Source of the DNA: Felis catus
Taxonomy: Eukaryota
Direction of reading: 5' to 3'
NCBI RefSeq assembly: GCF_018350175.1
Contig: NC_058373.1
Location: forward strand, 116,562,001-116,626,000
Length of the DNA stretch: 64,000 bases
The notes under the pieces are model-generated. The model was not told the DNA's origin and did not search any database. It saw only the letters and a program-made list of their open reading frames with translations. A program made the translations under genes and the position numbers. Positions 34,368-46,112 of this stretch are shown one piece after another (the stretch's first letter is position 1; each line of letters opens with the position of its first letter).

Positions 34368-35329
34368 CAAGGGAGGAAACAATCAGCAAAACTAAAAGAC
34401 AGCCTGCTGAATGGGAGAAGATATTTATAAATGACGTATCTGTAAAGGGTTACTTTACAAAATATATAAAGACCTTAACTCAGCATCAAAAAACGCCAAA
34501 TAATCCTGTTGAAAAATGGTCAGAAGACATAAAGAGACATTTCTTCAAAGAAGGCATACAGATGGACAACAGACAGATGAAGAGATGCTTAATATCACTA
34601 ATCATCAGGGAGATGCAAATCAAAAAGTACAGTGAGGTCTCCCCTACACTTGTCACAATGCCTAAGGTCAAAAACACAAGAAACAAGTGTTGGTGAGAAT
34701 GTAAACTGATACAGCCATGGTGGATAACAGTGTGGAGCTTCCTCAAAAAATTAAAAATAGAATTACCATATGATCCAGTAATTTCACTATTGGGTATTTA
34801 TCCAAAGAATATGAAAACACTAATTTGAAAAGATATATGCACCCCTATGTTTATTGCAGCATTATTTACAATAGGCAAACTATGGAAGCAGCCCAAGTGT
34901 CCATCAACCGATGAATGGATAAAGAAGTGATACATATATAATGGAGTATTACTCAGCCATAAAGAAGAATGAAATCTTGCCATTTGCAACAACACGGATG
35001 GATCTAGAGAGTATAATGCTAAGCAAAATAAGTCAGAGAAAGGCAAATACCGTATGATCTCACTCATACGTAGAATTTAAGAAAACAAACAAGCGAAGGA
35101 AAAAGAAGAGAGAGACAAACCAAGGAACAGATCTTAACTATAGAGAACAAACTGATGGTTACCGGAGGGGAGGTGGGTGGGGTATGGGTGAAAGAGGTGG
35201 TGGGGATTAAGAGCGCTCTTATCATGATGAGTCCTGGGTCATGTATGGAAGTGTAGAATCACCGTATTGTATCTCTGAAACTAATATAACACGGTATATT
35301 AACTTCACTGGGATTAAAATTTAAAAAAA
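34368..35329 (+). mobile_element. 5'-truncated carnivore L1: ORF2 C-terminus relic plus 3' UTR
   Basis: Translation ETISKTKRQPAEWEKIF...NNPVEKWSEDIKRHF...SLIIREMQIK is the L1 ORF2 C-terminus; carnivore-type 3' UTR and A-rich end; frameshifts present. Confidence 0.95.
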
Positions 35330-35351
35330 GTGTTTGGCTTAAAGTAAATAC

Positions 35352-35566
35352 TTTTACTTTTTTTTTTTTTTAAGTTTATTCATTTATTTTGAGAGAGAGT
35401 GTGAGCATGAGTGGAGGAGAGGGAGGGAGAGAGAGAATATCCCAAACAGGTTCTGCACTGTCAGCATGGAGCCCGATGTGGGGCTTGAACTCACAGACCG
35501 TGAGTTCATGCCCTGAGCCGAAACCAAGAACTGGATGCTTTACCGACTGAGCCACCCAGGTGCCCC
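35352..35566 (-). mobile_element. CAN-SINE
   Basis: Antisense body; TSD aagtaaata(c/t)tt. Confidence 0.93.
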
Positions 35567-37534
35567 TAAGTAAATATTTGCTCTTAAATACAGCAAGTAA
35601 TTACACCTCAGTTAAGATCTGACTTGCTTGGTGGTGAAGGTACAGATGGATGTTGGCCTTCACGGAGACCGTGGCAAGTATAAGAGTCATTTTTGAGAGT
35701 GAGGAAACACGTAGTTGAAACTTCTTTGTCATTTACCTCAAACCAGCCTGTGGTGCTTGTAATGTGTTCCTTTATGCATTCAAGTCCTGCGTCAACTGTG
35801 AACTTCCGCTTTTCTAGTTTGTTTCATTATTAACTGGATGTTTCTTAAATTCTAGTGAAGGGAAGAGGAGGGCAGTTGATTATCTAGTTGCATTATCCAC
35901 CCCATCTGTTTCCTGTGTGTGACAGCAATTTCCACTCAGCGTCTTTGCCCATGCGGTCAAAAGTACCATACAAATGTGATTCTGGTTCTTTTAGTGAGAA
36001 GTTAACTCTCTAAAGATCTGTTTTCTTTTTTCAGGCCTCAAGCTTGTCATTAATATATCTTCTTGTCCCTTTAATATACCAAAAGTGACTTTTCTGGTGT
36101 GAAGAGTAGGTGGCATACTTTGTAAGGTGTCTGGAGCCTGTGCTTTCCTGGGGGGGATTAGGACTCTCTGTTCTGAAACTATGCTATTTTGAGAGGTAAA
36201 CCTATTATTTTCCTTTTGGAAATGGATTAAAGGTGTACACACAGAACATCTCAGGCTTTATGACTTGTTTGGCATCATTGCATAAAATTTTTAATTTTTT
36301 TGTTCTCTCATGTGGCAGTTTTTCTGAATTCATGCTTTGTTTCCAAAAGAGCAAACTAAATATTAGAGATTGTTTAGTATTCATGTCAGCGTTGGTTTTC
36401 TTGGGTGGTAAAATGTCACAAGTGGAGTTGGAGGGATGTTGAGATGGTGTGCGTGTGTTTTAATGAATACAGGTACACTACGAGGAATGTGTGTTGTGTT
36501 GACTTACAAATATTAAGCCTTATTACTTTTTCATTTAAAAATATTTCAAGTAGACTGGAAAGGGTAGAGAATTCTATAATACCTTCCAGCTTCATTAGAT
36601 CTTAACATTCTGCCTATTTGTTTGAGATCATAAAATATTTTGGAAAAACTTGAAGTTCCCCCTTTCTCCCTCCTTCTCCCATCCTATTTTCTTCATTGGA
36701 ATGCACATTGTGTGATGGCTTTGAAAATAAATACTATATTTCTATCAGTTTACCCAGTGAGTAGTTGAGTGGTGGTTTCCGTTAGGGAAATGAAATGTCC
36801 CACCTCCCACTCTCAGTTTATGGTTCTGTTGCTTCTGAAGAGGTTTTATGGAGATGATGTGGGGTCAGTGCACATGAGGTGGAGCGTGTATATTTCGCAA
36901 AGTAAGTGTGGTGGAATGTGGGCCGTTTACGTTTTGGTTAGTTTTTTAGGTCACATGACATATCAGAGTTCCCAAGTCATTTCTTCAGATTAAATCTGCT
37001 CGAATGCCTGGACAGTCACTACAACGGACTGTTGTCCATGAAGGTTCTGTACTGTGGTTGCCGAGGGTGTTTTTCTTGAGCTCTGTGACCTTGGTTGGTT
37101 TTGGTAATTTTCTTCCAAGCATTTCATCCAACTGAGGGAATTCTGAATATGTCTCTTTCACTTAATTTCTTTTTTGGGGGGGAGGGGCGGTAAGTATGAT
37201 ACAAAAATCAAAAAACTATTTTTCCTTCATGCTACCAGGGTCTGTGTGATTTAGTTCTGTGGCATGGTTTTCATTGTTGTTCACCTTTTGTTCAGTTCTG
37301 GAGGTATGTTAAACTTGATCCATGTTTTCTAATCAAAATTTAGTTTTGACTGGTTCTGGAGAACAGAGGGAAAACAATCTAAAATGTAGGGTTTTTTTGT
37401 GTGTGTTTTACCTTTGTGTAAGTTATATATCACATTTAAGGAAAAACTAGAAAAACAAATTAAAAAAAATTACCAGTGATCCTATCATTCATAGATAATA
37501 ATATTTTGTCCTACCTTTCCATTTTTTCTGAAAA

Positions 37535-37660
37535 ATACAGTTTATAAAATACATATTTTATAAAACACATACTTTAGCATACTTTACATATTTATAAAAT
37601 CTGTATATTAACACTTCACATTTACAAAATACATATTTTAACATACTTTACAGTTTATAT
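37535..37660. repeat. Degenerate AT-rich tandem repeats
   Basis: Recurrent tttataaaa(t/c)acata and catactttaca units. Confidence 0.6.
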
Positions 37661-37749
37661 GTGTATTTTCATGTAGTATTATAAACAGTAAATTCATAAT
37701 TTATAAATAATTCCTAAATTATAATTATTCCAAATACCATAAGGGGAGG

Positions 37750-38245
37750 CTATATAATACAGTAGTAGAAACACAGGCCTTGTTTCTTTTTTTAAATTTT
37801 TTTTTTTCTTCAATGTTTTTTATTTATTTTTGGGACAGAGAGAGACAGAGCATGAACGGGGGAGGGGCAGAGAGAGAGGGAGACACAGAATCGGAAACAG
37901 GCTCCAGGCTCCGAGCCATCAGCCCAGAGCCTGATGCGGGGCTTGAACTCACGGACCGCGAGATCGTGACCTGGCTGAAGCCAGACGCTTAACCGACTGC
38001 GCCACCCAGGCGCCCCTACACAGGCCTTGTTTCAAACGGACTTCGGTTTGGGTTCCTGCTCGTTCCTACTATTAAGTTAGCGGTGTTACCTCAGCAGTTA
38101 TTGAAGTACTCTGTTTCCTCAAACGAAAAAAATGTGGCTTATGATAACCACCTTGCAGGGTTATTTTAGAGATTAAATGAAATAATGAATGTAAAGCTCA
38201 TTCCTCCATATTGTGCCAGGAACATGGTACATATTAACGGTTACT
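37750..38245 (+). mobile_element. MIR interrupted by a SINE
   Basis: ctctgtttcctc...accttgcagggttattttagagattaaatgaaataatgaatgtaaagc. Confidence 0.75.
37787..38016 (-). mobile_element. Very young CAN-SINE
   Basis: Same young variant as 11524 and 18412; perfect 16-bp TSD acacaggccttgtttc at 37771-37786 and 38018-38033. Confidence 0.96.
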
Positions 38246-39328
38246 GTTGGAGGTTATACAGCATAAAAAGAGCAAGAATATTGGGAAAGGATCGATCGTC
38301 TTGAGCTTAAATTTCAGTGCCATCACTTCTTAATTTGTTTTGGGCAAGATTTACAACTTCACTGATCCTTGCTTGTATCTGCTAGGATTGTTGTATTGAT
38401 CGTATGAGACAGAGACTGTTACGTGACTGGCATATTGCAGGCACTCAAATAGCAACTAGCATTAGTATTATTAATAAGGGGAATTGCTTAATTGAAAGAG
38501 AGGTTTCGACATTGTCTATTTAAATTAATTCAAGGCAGAAACTTCTAGATGCCCTAGATTTTGTTCCTACTTGTACTTACTGAGGGCTGTGTGAATAGTT
38601 TGTTGACTGCTGCTGCCTCTTTCCCCCCAAATTTGGGAGTAGGTGGCCATCATGAAAATAACACGTAAGGAAGCAGTTTCTGTGTAATGAAAAACTACCA
38701 CATATAATTGTATACACGTACTGAAATCTATGTATGCCTCTTTGTGTCTGTCACGTGTAGATTGTAGATCATCTGCTTCTATCCTCTCAACCTGCATATC
38801 TTTCTTAGCTCCCAGGAGCCTTCCCGTGTACTCTCCCTCATTTTCATACTTGACTTTAATATTTAGAAGCACCAGTTCATGTTATTCCTCCTTTTTACTC
38901 TCACAATGTACCTCTTTTAGTTATTTACATGTGTGTGTATTGAATTTGAGAAAGGTCATGTGAAAGCAATCTTGATCATACTGTTCTCATATTCCACCTT
39001 ATTTCCTTTGTAATGAATGTTGTCTGCACCCTCCTTTTTATCAATTTGTATGTTATCCTTTTATATCATAGAAGCAGTTTCCCTTTTAATTAATTTCTGT
39101 GTAATCGCGTGGTCAGATTATGGAGGATGAGCTGGTTAGTGAACTCAACGCCAGGTGTGTGGCTTGTCTGAGTTGACCACCCCTGTCAGTGGTCAGGTTG
39201 CCAGCCCTCTGTTTATACTTCAGGATGATCACTCTGTTTCCTCTTGTTGGCTGCCTGGAGCATTAATTCTGAAGGCGCTCTTTTTATAACAAATGTAAGA
39301 TGAAGCTTCCTTTCCCTTCGCTTCGCAT

Positions 39329-39330
<2 letters not shown>

Positions 39331-39380
<50 letters not shown>
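39331..39380. repeat. (AC)25 microsatellite
   Basis: Directly visible perfect repeat. Confidence 0.98.
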
Positions 39381-39382
<2 letters not shown>

Positions 39383-39889
39383 TACCACACACACCGCCTT
39401 GCAGTAAAGAGGCTGCATTTGGTTTCACATGAAGTCAGTAAAAAGAAACAAATTAATAAATTGATACATTTTGCCAGAAGGCTGAAAATTCCTGTTTTGG
39501 AGACTGGTGTTCAGTGGTGTAAATATAGTCTAAAATTTTTCTAAATTGGCATTTGAGTGACTTGCTTAAAAAATAAGTAGAAAACATTCTTTTAATATTC
39601 TGGGATTGGGAACAGGTAAAGGTGACTCACCTTTTATCTGAAAGTTTTCAAAGCATGTACAAAGGGCATTTAAAGGGAAAATACTGTTCTCAAGTTTATT
39701 AAAGAACTAACCAATTTCTAATTTCATTTAAAGTTGTACACTTTTAACTTACATTTTAATTTTCGTAATAGTATTACCCTCATAGTAAAGGGCCTAGTAT
39801 ATTCTTATTGAATGAATGACTATCCCATGACTATTAACTATTGATTTGTTGCTGGTTTTGTTTTTGTTTTTGATTTGTTACTGGTTTTA

Positions 39890-40110
39890 AGTTATGTTTA
39901 GCATTTGCAAGGGCTTCCATCATTTGCAAGGGATTCCAATTTGCAAGGGATTCCATCATTTGATCCTCACAATAATCTTGTGAGTTAGGCAGGAGAAGAA
40001 TTTTCTTCATTTTACAGGGAATTTAATAGAATTGCTCAAGTGCCACTAAATGATGACTCCAGGGTTTGAATTTAGGACTTCTAGCTTCTGATTTTATGCT
40101 TTTTGCTCGG
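39890..40110 (-). mobile_element. MIR with local tandem triplication
   Basis: catttgatcctcacaataatcttgtgagttaggcagg...cattttacag...gggtttgaatttaggacttct. Confidence 0.7.
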
Positions 40111-40149
40111 TGCTGATGTGGAAATATTTTAGTACTTTGTAGTGTAGTA

Positions 40150-41445
40150 CTTGTTCACTCATTCAACAGAGTTTTATTGAGGGCACAAATTTTAAGTTCT
40201 GGGCCTTTGTGGATGAATGTAAAGACAAGGATTTTACCTTTAAAGAAGACTGTTAGTAAATAAATAAGTGGATAAGGTTAATTATTATGCCTATAATAAT
40301 AACGATTGGTACATAGTATGTGCCCAGTAAATGTTTACTGACTGAATGAATAAGTGAGAAAAGTGACAAAAAGAAGAATAAACAGTGAGTGTAGGGTCTT
40401 GTATAGATAGATTGACAAGAGAAGGTATTTCTGAGGAAGTGACATCTAAGGGAAAGAACATTTCTGGACAAAAGGAAAGCATATGCAAAGGTCCTGAGGC
40501 AGAAAAGAACTTGACTTACCTGATGACACCAAAGGTGGCAGTGGAGCTACAGCTATAGTAAGCTAGAGAGACAGGAGTTCCACATGAATTGAAGAGAAAC
40601 AGATTGATCGTTTAGGGCCTTGTAGGCCATGGTAAGAAATTTGGCTTTTATTCTAATGTTGGGAGACAATTTTCCATGTATCTTGTGTTTCTGCATTGAC
40701 TACTTTTGTTTTGGGCTCTCTTTTTAGGGATGAATTATATAGTCAGTAGCCTTGGAAGATACCCTCCAGGGCAGAGATCAGGTACACTTATTGTCTGTAT
40801 GATCAAGATAATATCTCCTTCTGGGGTAAAGGTCAGGCAGGTGTACTGCCCATTATAAAAGATTTGGGTTCATTAAGCTCAGGGCTACTCTCCTGTAACA
40901 CAGCACACTGCTGTGCAAGTGTCGCCTGGTGGGAATTCAGCCTTAAGGGACTGGCACCAAAAATGCTGGTACTCTGACTGCTGCTGTTGCTGTGAGTAAT
41001 CAAGTCCTTTGTCTCTCTGACCCAAGCATCTCATGTCCTCCGTGGTATTCATACACCTGTGACAGTCTAACGTGTTAGCTTGGAAATTAGAGTAAAATCT
41101 TATCTGTTTCACACTTCTTGACATCTCAGGATATGGAAAGCCACTGGTAGCTTTTCAGCAGGGGAATAACATTATGCAGTTTAACCTTTTAAAAAGTCAG
41201 TCTGATTACACTGTGCAAAATGATCGTGGGTGGAAATTAATGAGGAGTCTGGGGCAGTTGTCTAGTTGAGAGATAAGAGTGGCTTGGACTAGTGCGTTGC
41301 CAGTGGATACAGACAGGAGGGAAGGGTTCAAAGTGGCCTTCAGGAGGTAGAATTTACAGGACTCAACAGAATGGCTATGTATGGGCTGTGGAATGGACAA
41401 TGAATCTTAGGTTTTTGTCTCAAACAAATGGGTACGTAGAAGTGA
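40150..41445 (-). mobile_element. L2 fragment interrupted by a solo LTR
   Basis: ttcactcattcaacaga..tttattgag, ttctgaggaagtgacat, aaagcatatgcaaaggtcctgaggcag, gggccttgtaggccatggtaag; resumes after the LTR with ggaaagccactgg...aggtagaatttacaggact. Confidence 0.85.
40657..41123 (+). mobile_element. LTR40-like ERVL solo LTR
   Basis: TG...CA termini (tgttgggagacaatt...ttcttgaca), cattataaaa TATA-like box, degenerate poly(A) signal gagtaatcaagtcc; 5-bp TSD tctaa/tctca. Confidence 0.88.
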
Positions 41446-42030
41446 TTTTGAGTTGGAGAAGCCTCAAGATGAGGCTACTAAGCTTGCAAAAGGACTTATT
41501 TCTAACTGTTACATTTTGAATTGCAGGAAGGAAGAATTAGTAGTTTGTACAACCTGAGATCAGAGAACCATTGGTATATACTTTCCGGGGGAAGAACATT
41601 TTTCTTGTGTCTTCATGGGTTGTCAAATCCACTAATGTTAAGAAATTCAAGTCTTGCAGTCCCTTGATAAGTGGGTTGTCTCAATAACACTAAATTAGAT
41701 TAGCTTGGGAGGATTTATTTCTTCCATAGCCATATTGACTTTTGCCCCAAATTCATTATCTGGGAGTTTACAAGAAAAATCTTTCATATGTTTCAGGATG
41801 TTCCCCTTTTCGTCATTAAACTAATACATTTTTTTTTTCGTATTTATTTTTTAGATTTTAAATTTCTTTTAAAGCTGGGCTGTTGTCCCTAAATTCTCAG
41901 GAATGATTACTGCTTGTCTTGTGATCATGTAAGCTTAATACAGTAGGATGAAAGAAACACGTGCCTATGGATTAATTTATTCTTTTTGTTATTTTCATTT
42001 AGAAATACCTCAGGATAACTTCTTGTCTTT

Positions 42031-42238
42031 AAAGAAATTTTTTTTTAAATGTTTATTTATTTTCGAGACAATGCGAGAGACAGAGTGTGACCAGGGGAGG
42101 GGCAGACAGAGGGAGACACACAATCTGAAGCAGGCTCCAGGCTCTGAGCTGTCAGCTCAGAGCCCGAACTCATGAACCGTGAGATCATAACCGGAGCTGA
42201 AGTTGGACACTTAACTGACTGAGCCACTCAGGCGCCCC
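42031..42238 (-). mobile_element. CAN-SINE
   Basis: Antisense body; TSD acttcttgtcttt at 42018-42030 and 42239-42251. Confidence 0.95.
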
Positions 42239-42317
42239 ACTTCTTGTCTTTTTAATACCAGATGCTGATTTCAACAGCACCTGATTGCTTTTCGTAAAGA
42301 AAGTAACTTAAAAGCCT

Positions 42318-42405
42318 AAAAAAGAAAGAAAGAAAGAAAGAAAGAAAAAGAAAGAAAGAAAGAAAGAAAGAAAGAGAAAGAAGGAAAGAAAGAAAAAAGA
42401 AAGAG
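42318..42405. repeat. (GAAA)n tetranucleotide repeat, interrupted
   Basis: Directly visible. Confidence 0.95.
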
Positions 42406-43659
42406 AGTCTAGGCCCTGTGGAGGTGTGTTAAATGCCTTCCTTTTTTATCTAATGAGGTTTATCCTTCTGTGTGCTTCTCACATACTTACTGTCTTTCCA
42501 GGATCATTTTGGATTTCTTAACCTTTATGTATTATAGACAGTTTCAGGCTACAGCATGAAGTTGCTGTTACTTTTGAATTCTTTTTGCACCATTTTACAC
42601 ATGTGCTTTGTTTTCTTTTGTTGTGTAGTATTTGGTTTAGTCTGTGGCCTAGGTCTAGATTTCTTTGGAAAGAAAAGGAAAGGGAAGATAGACTTTTTTT
42701 TTTTTTTTTTTGGCAGTGGTGGTGGGGGAGGTTTGGGGAGGAGTCTAGACTTAAAATTACTTCTGATTTGGTTTATACTCCACCCCTTGGAAATCAACAG
42801 TGGGGAAACATATCCCATTGTAAAGACAGATAAATATAGAAAACTTGAACTAAGATCACAAAATCATTAGTGTCTATCATGAGACTTTTCTGGGTGGTAT
42901 GAGTTGTTATTAATCACTAATAGACTCTGGAGATATTTCTACCAGAAGTGCAGTTAGATTGCAGTTATTTCTGACTTTTTGAGAAGACAAATATGCTCTC
43001 TCTTTTTCTTTTCTTCTTATGGGGTTCCATCTTTTTGGATTTTAGCAATTTTAAAACACCCCCAGATAGCAGAGCAGGATTTAAACCTACTGGGATGTCT
43101 CGTCTTTCCTTCAGAGTATTGTTGCTCTGCCTCAGTATCCCATTATACACATTCTTTAAAAGTGCTCAACATTTTATTACTTATTTCATGTTTCATGCAT
43201 TGTGCTAAGTGATTTGTCATTTTGCCCCATTTGGTATATGTTTGGAACTTCATGAATGGCTTGCTGGTCTTCTCTCCTTTGTTTCCTGATTTCAAAACAA
43301 AACACCTAGTATTAAGATTTTACCAGGGCTCTCTGAGAGGAGATTTTATTTGGTGACTTAACTGAGCCAGAATTTGTAGCCTATGTGGAATATAATAGAA
43401 ACTCTCCCTAAAGGATTGTTTATGTTGTTCACATAGTCTCAGTATGGCCCAGATTTGTGCCTCTGCCCTCTTTCCTTGCCCTTAGGAAGATTTTTATCCC
43501 CTCCCCCACCCCCTGGTTTTGGACCTAGACTTGCCCGTACCCTAAATAGCATTCTAGAAATGGTTCAGAGGCACAGAGGAATCTTAGCCTTAGAACCATA
43601 GCTCCATCTGTCCCGCCTGTCTTTCTTCTGTTTGAGGAATGAATAGTCGAGGGAAAAGA

Positions 43660-43855
43660 GGGTTCAAGTCAGACGTGGGTTTGTGTCTGAACTCTTGCTT
43701 GTTGGTTGTGTGACCATAGGAAACGCGCTTAACCTTTCTAGACCCCAGATCTTAAAGGTAAAATTGAGACTGTGCTAATGACCTCCTCATGGTTTAGTGA
43801 GGCGTAGTTGTGGGTCAAGGAACTTGTGCTTAGGACTGCCAGGTGCTCACTAAGA
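43660..43855 (+). mobile_element. MIR
   Basis: agtcagacgtgggtttg...tgtgtgaccataggaaacgcgcttaacctttct...gtaaaattgag...acctcctcatgg. Confidence 0.7.
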
Positions 43856-44259
43856 ACTAGAACCTGATCAGCACTTTGAAGCTACTGGGTTCGTCTGTGA
43901 TTCCATCCTTCTACCTTGCCCTGGAGGGACTACTGTCCTGAGTTTTATGTTCAGCATTCCCTTGCTTTAAAAAATGAATATATCTGTAAACAGTATATTT
44001 TTAGCTTTGCCTATTTGGGCTTTGCCAAAATGGAATCATATTATATATAGTCTGTCATAACATTTTTGTCTCTCTGGGCTTCTCCTTTACTGGTCCTTTA
44101 GTTAGAGAGAAGGCTTTTCTGATACTAGATCAGAGTTAGGGGTAGCATTCAATGACATGGGGGGCTGAATCCAGTAAGGAAAAGTGAGGTTAATGAGAGC
44201 CAGGTTTAGGACTGTTACAGGGAAGGGAAAGGGAAAAGCTAGAAAGACGCTGTGCTTGG

Positions 44260-45280
44260 GTAGGAATTCAGGGCATCTGGATGAACTCCTGGTCTGCAGT
44301 ATACATAGATATAGAAAGAAATGATGAAAAACAAAACAAACCAAACAAAACAAATAATGAAGGAAGTGTGTGCATGTTCTTCTGTTCTCCTGGATGACCA
44401 GGGAACAGCAATAACCCAGTTGCAGTAAGCACACCCAGATCTTGGCTTTTCTGAATACCATTTTTTCCTCCCACTAGAATGGTAAGAATTATTAGACTAG
44501 AAAATCACTTTTTGGCAGCTGTCATAAAATAATTTGGCCAAGAATTATCATTGGACACAAATATCGGGTGAACATTTGTTGGTAGGATATTTATATAGTC
44601 TGAAAGTATCCTCTCACAAAGTACTTAGAAATTACAAAGGAAAAAGAGTTAACTTTTCAGTGGCAATCTGGTAGATGCCCCCTAAGTCAAGTTCATGATA
44701 CAAGTTCACGTTACCAGTAAGGGAAAAAGATTAAAATAGCATACCACCTGGTAGGGTACAATGAGGGGAACTCTCTTCTTTGGTATCCCTGTTGAAAATT
44801 CATAACTGGAAGCTAATCGTAAGAAAGAATCAGATAAACCCAAATTAAGGAACATGCTACAAAAATGGCCTGGGATCTTCATAATTGTCAATGTCATGAA
44901 AGTCAAGGAACGTCTGAGGAATTCTAGATTGAAATGCACCAATGAAATGTGGGAGCTGAGTGCAGCATGAGATCCTGGATGGACTGGATCCTTTTACTAA
45001 AAAAATGGACATTATTGGGATAATTGGAGAACGTTAAGATCTGGTCTGTGGGTTAGATGATGGTACCATATGATTTGGGTGATTTTCATGGCCATAATTA
45101 TAGTTTTGTAGGAGAATGCCCTTCTACGGAGGAGTTGTTCCCTAAACTCTGTGGGGATGAGAGGCTATCATGTTGGCTACTTACTCTCAAGTGGTTCTGA
45201 GAAATAGTTATTTGTACTAAGTAGTCTTGCAAGTTTTTTTTGTAGGGTGGTCTGAGATTATTAAGCAGAATAGAACAAAA
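44260..45280 (+). mobile_element. L1MC/L1MD-like 3' UTR
   Basis: aacccagttgcagtaagcacacccag, cagataaacccaaattaaggaacat, aatgtcatgaaagtcaaggaa, ggacattattgggataattgg, tacttactctcaagtggttc. Confidence 0.8.
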
Positions 45281-45920
45281 AGTTCCCTCTTGTTTGCAGT
45301 TAATTGTTAGCTTATCAGACAAATCATTTAAGGTTTAAGAGGTTTGCTTTCTCATGTTGCCTTGTCTTAACAGCTGCCCTACAGTGTAGCTTTCTGCCAT
45401 ATCTTACTTTGTCTTCTGGTGTACTGGTTTTAAAATGTTTACCATCATTTCATTAATATGTTGTTTTCCCTGCTCATTATTTATTGTGACAAACTCCTTT
45501 TTGTGGAAAGTATGATTTATAGAAATAGCGCCTTTTACTGTGTTATAATTCAGTGACAATACTGTTTTTAATTTTGACTTCCTTTGTGTTTTTGTTCTTT
45601 TATCCTCAATTTGCTGGTGAGCTATTCAAGCTTTCCTTTCCTTTTTTTTTTTTTTTTTCTCCCTCCACTGTATCTCCCTTAGTAGTGAGCATATTTCAGT
45701 AGGCTTTCAGTAAAAAAATGTTGGGCTGGTTGATTGTTATCTTAGCATTTAGAATTTCAGAAAGCATACAGGGTAAGGGGAATTGTATAGATAGAATGGT
45801 GAATTTGATGCTGTACTAACCCATATCTAGGCAGCTCATGTGAGTGGTTAGTCCCCAGAGGTTTGGGATTAAGCTTATTAGGACCAAGCTGGTCCTACTC
45901 TAAAAGTTCATGAAGTTTAT

Positions 45921-46112
45921 CTGGCTCCTGGGTGGCTCATTCGGTTGAGCGTCTGACTTTGGCTCAGGTCATGACCTCATGGTTTGTGGGGTCAAGCCCC
46001 ACCTAGGGCTCTGTGCTGACAGTGCTGGGCCTGCGTGGGATTCTCTGTCTCCCTCTCCCTCTGCCTCTCCCGTGCTTGTGCTCTCACTCTCTCTGTCTCT
46101 CAAAAACATTTT
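45921..46112 (+). mobile_element. CAN-SINE
   Basis: Body with eroded head; perfect TSD taaaagttcatgaagttt at 45901-45918 and 46113-46130. Confidence 0.93.

Noticed and set aside
34358..34696. 112-aa ORF with real protein similarity
   Set aside because: Fragment of L1 ORF2 in a 5'-truncated, frameshifted copy; not a functional CDS
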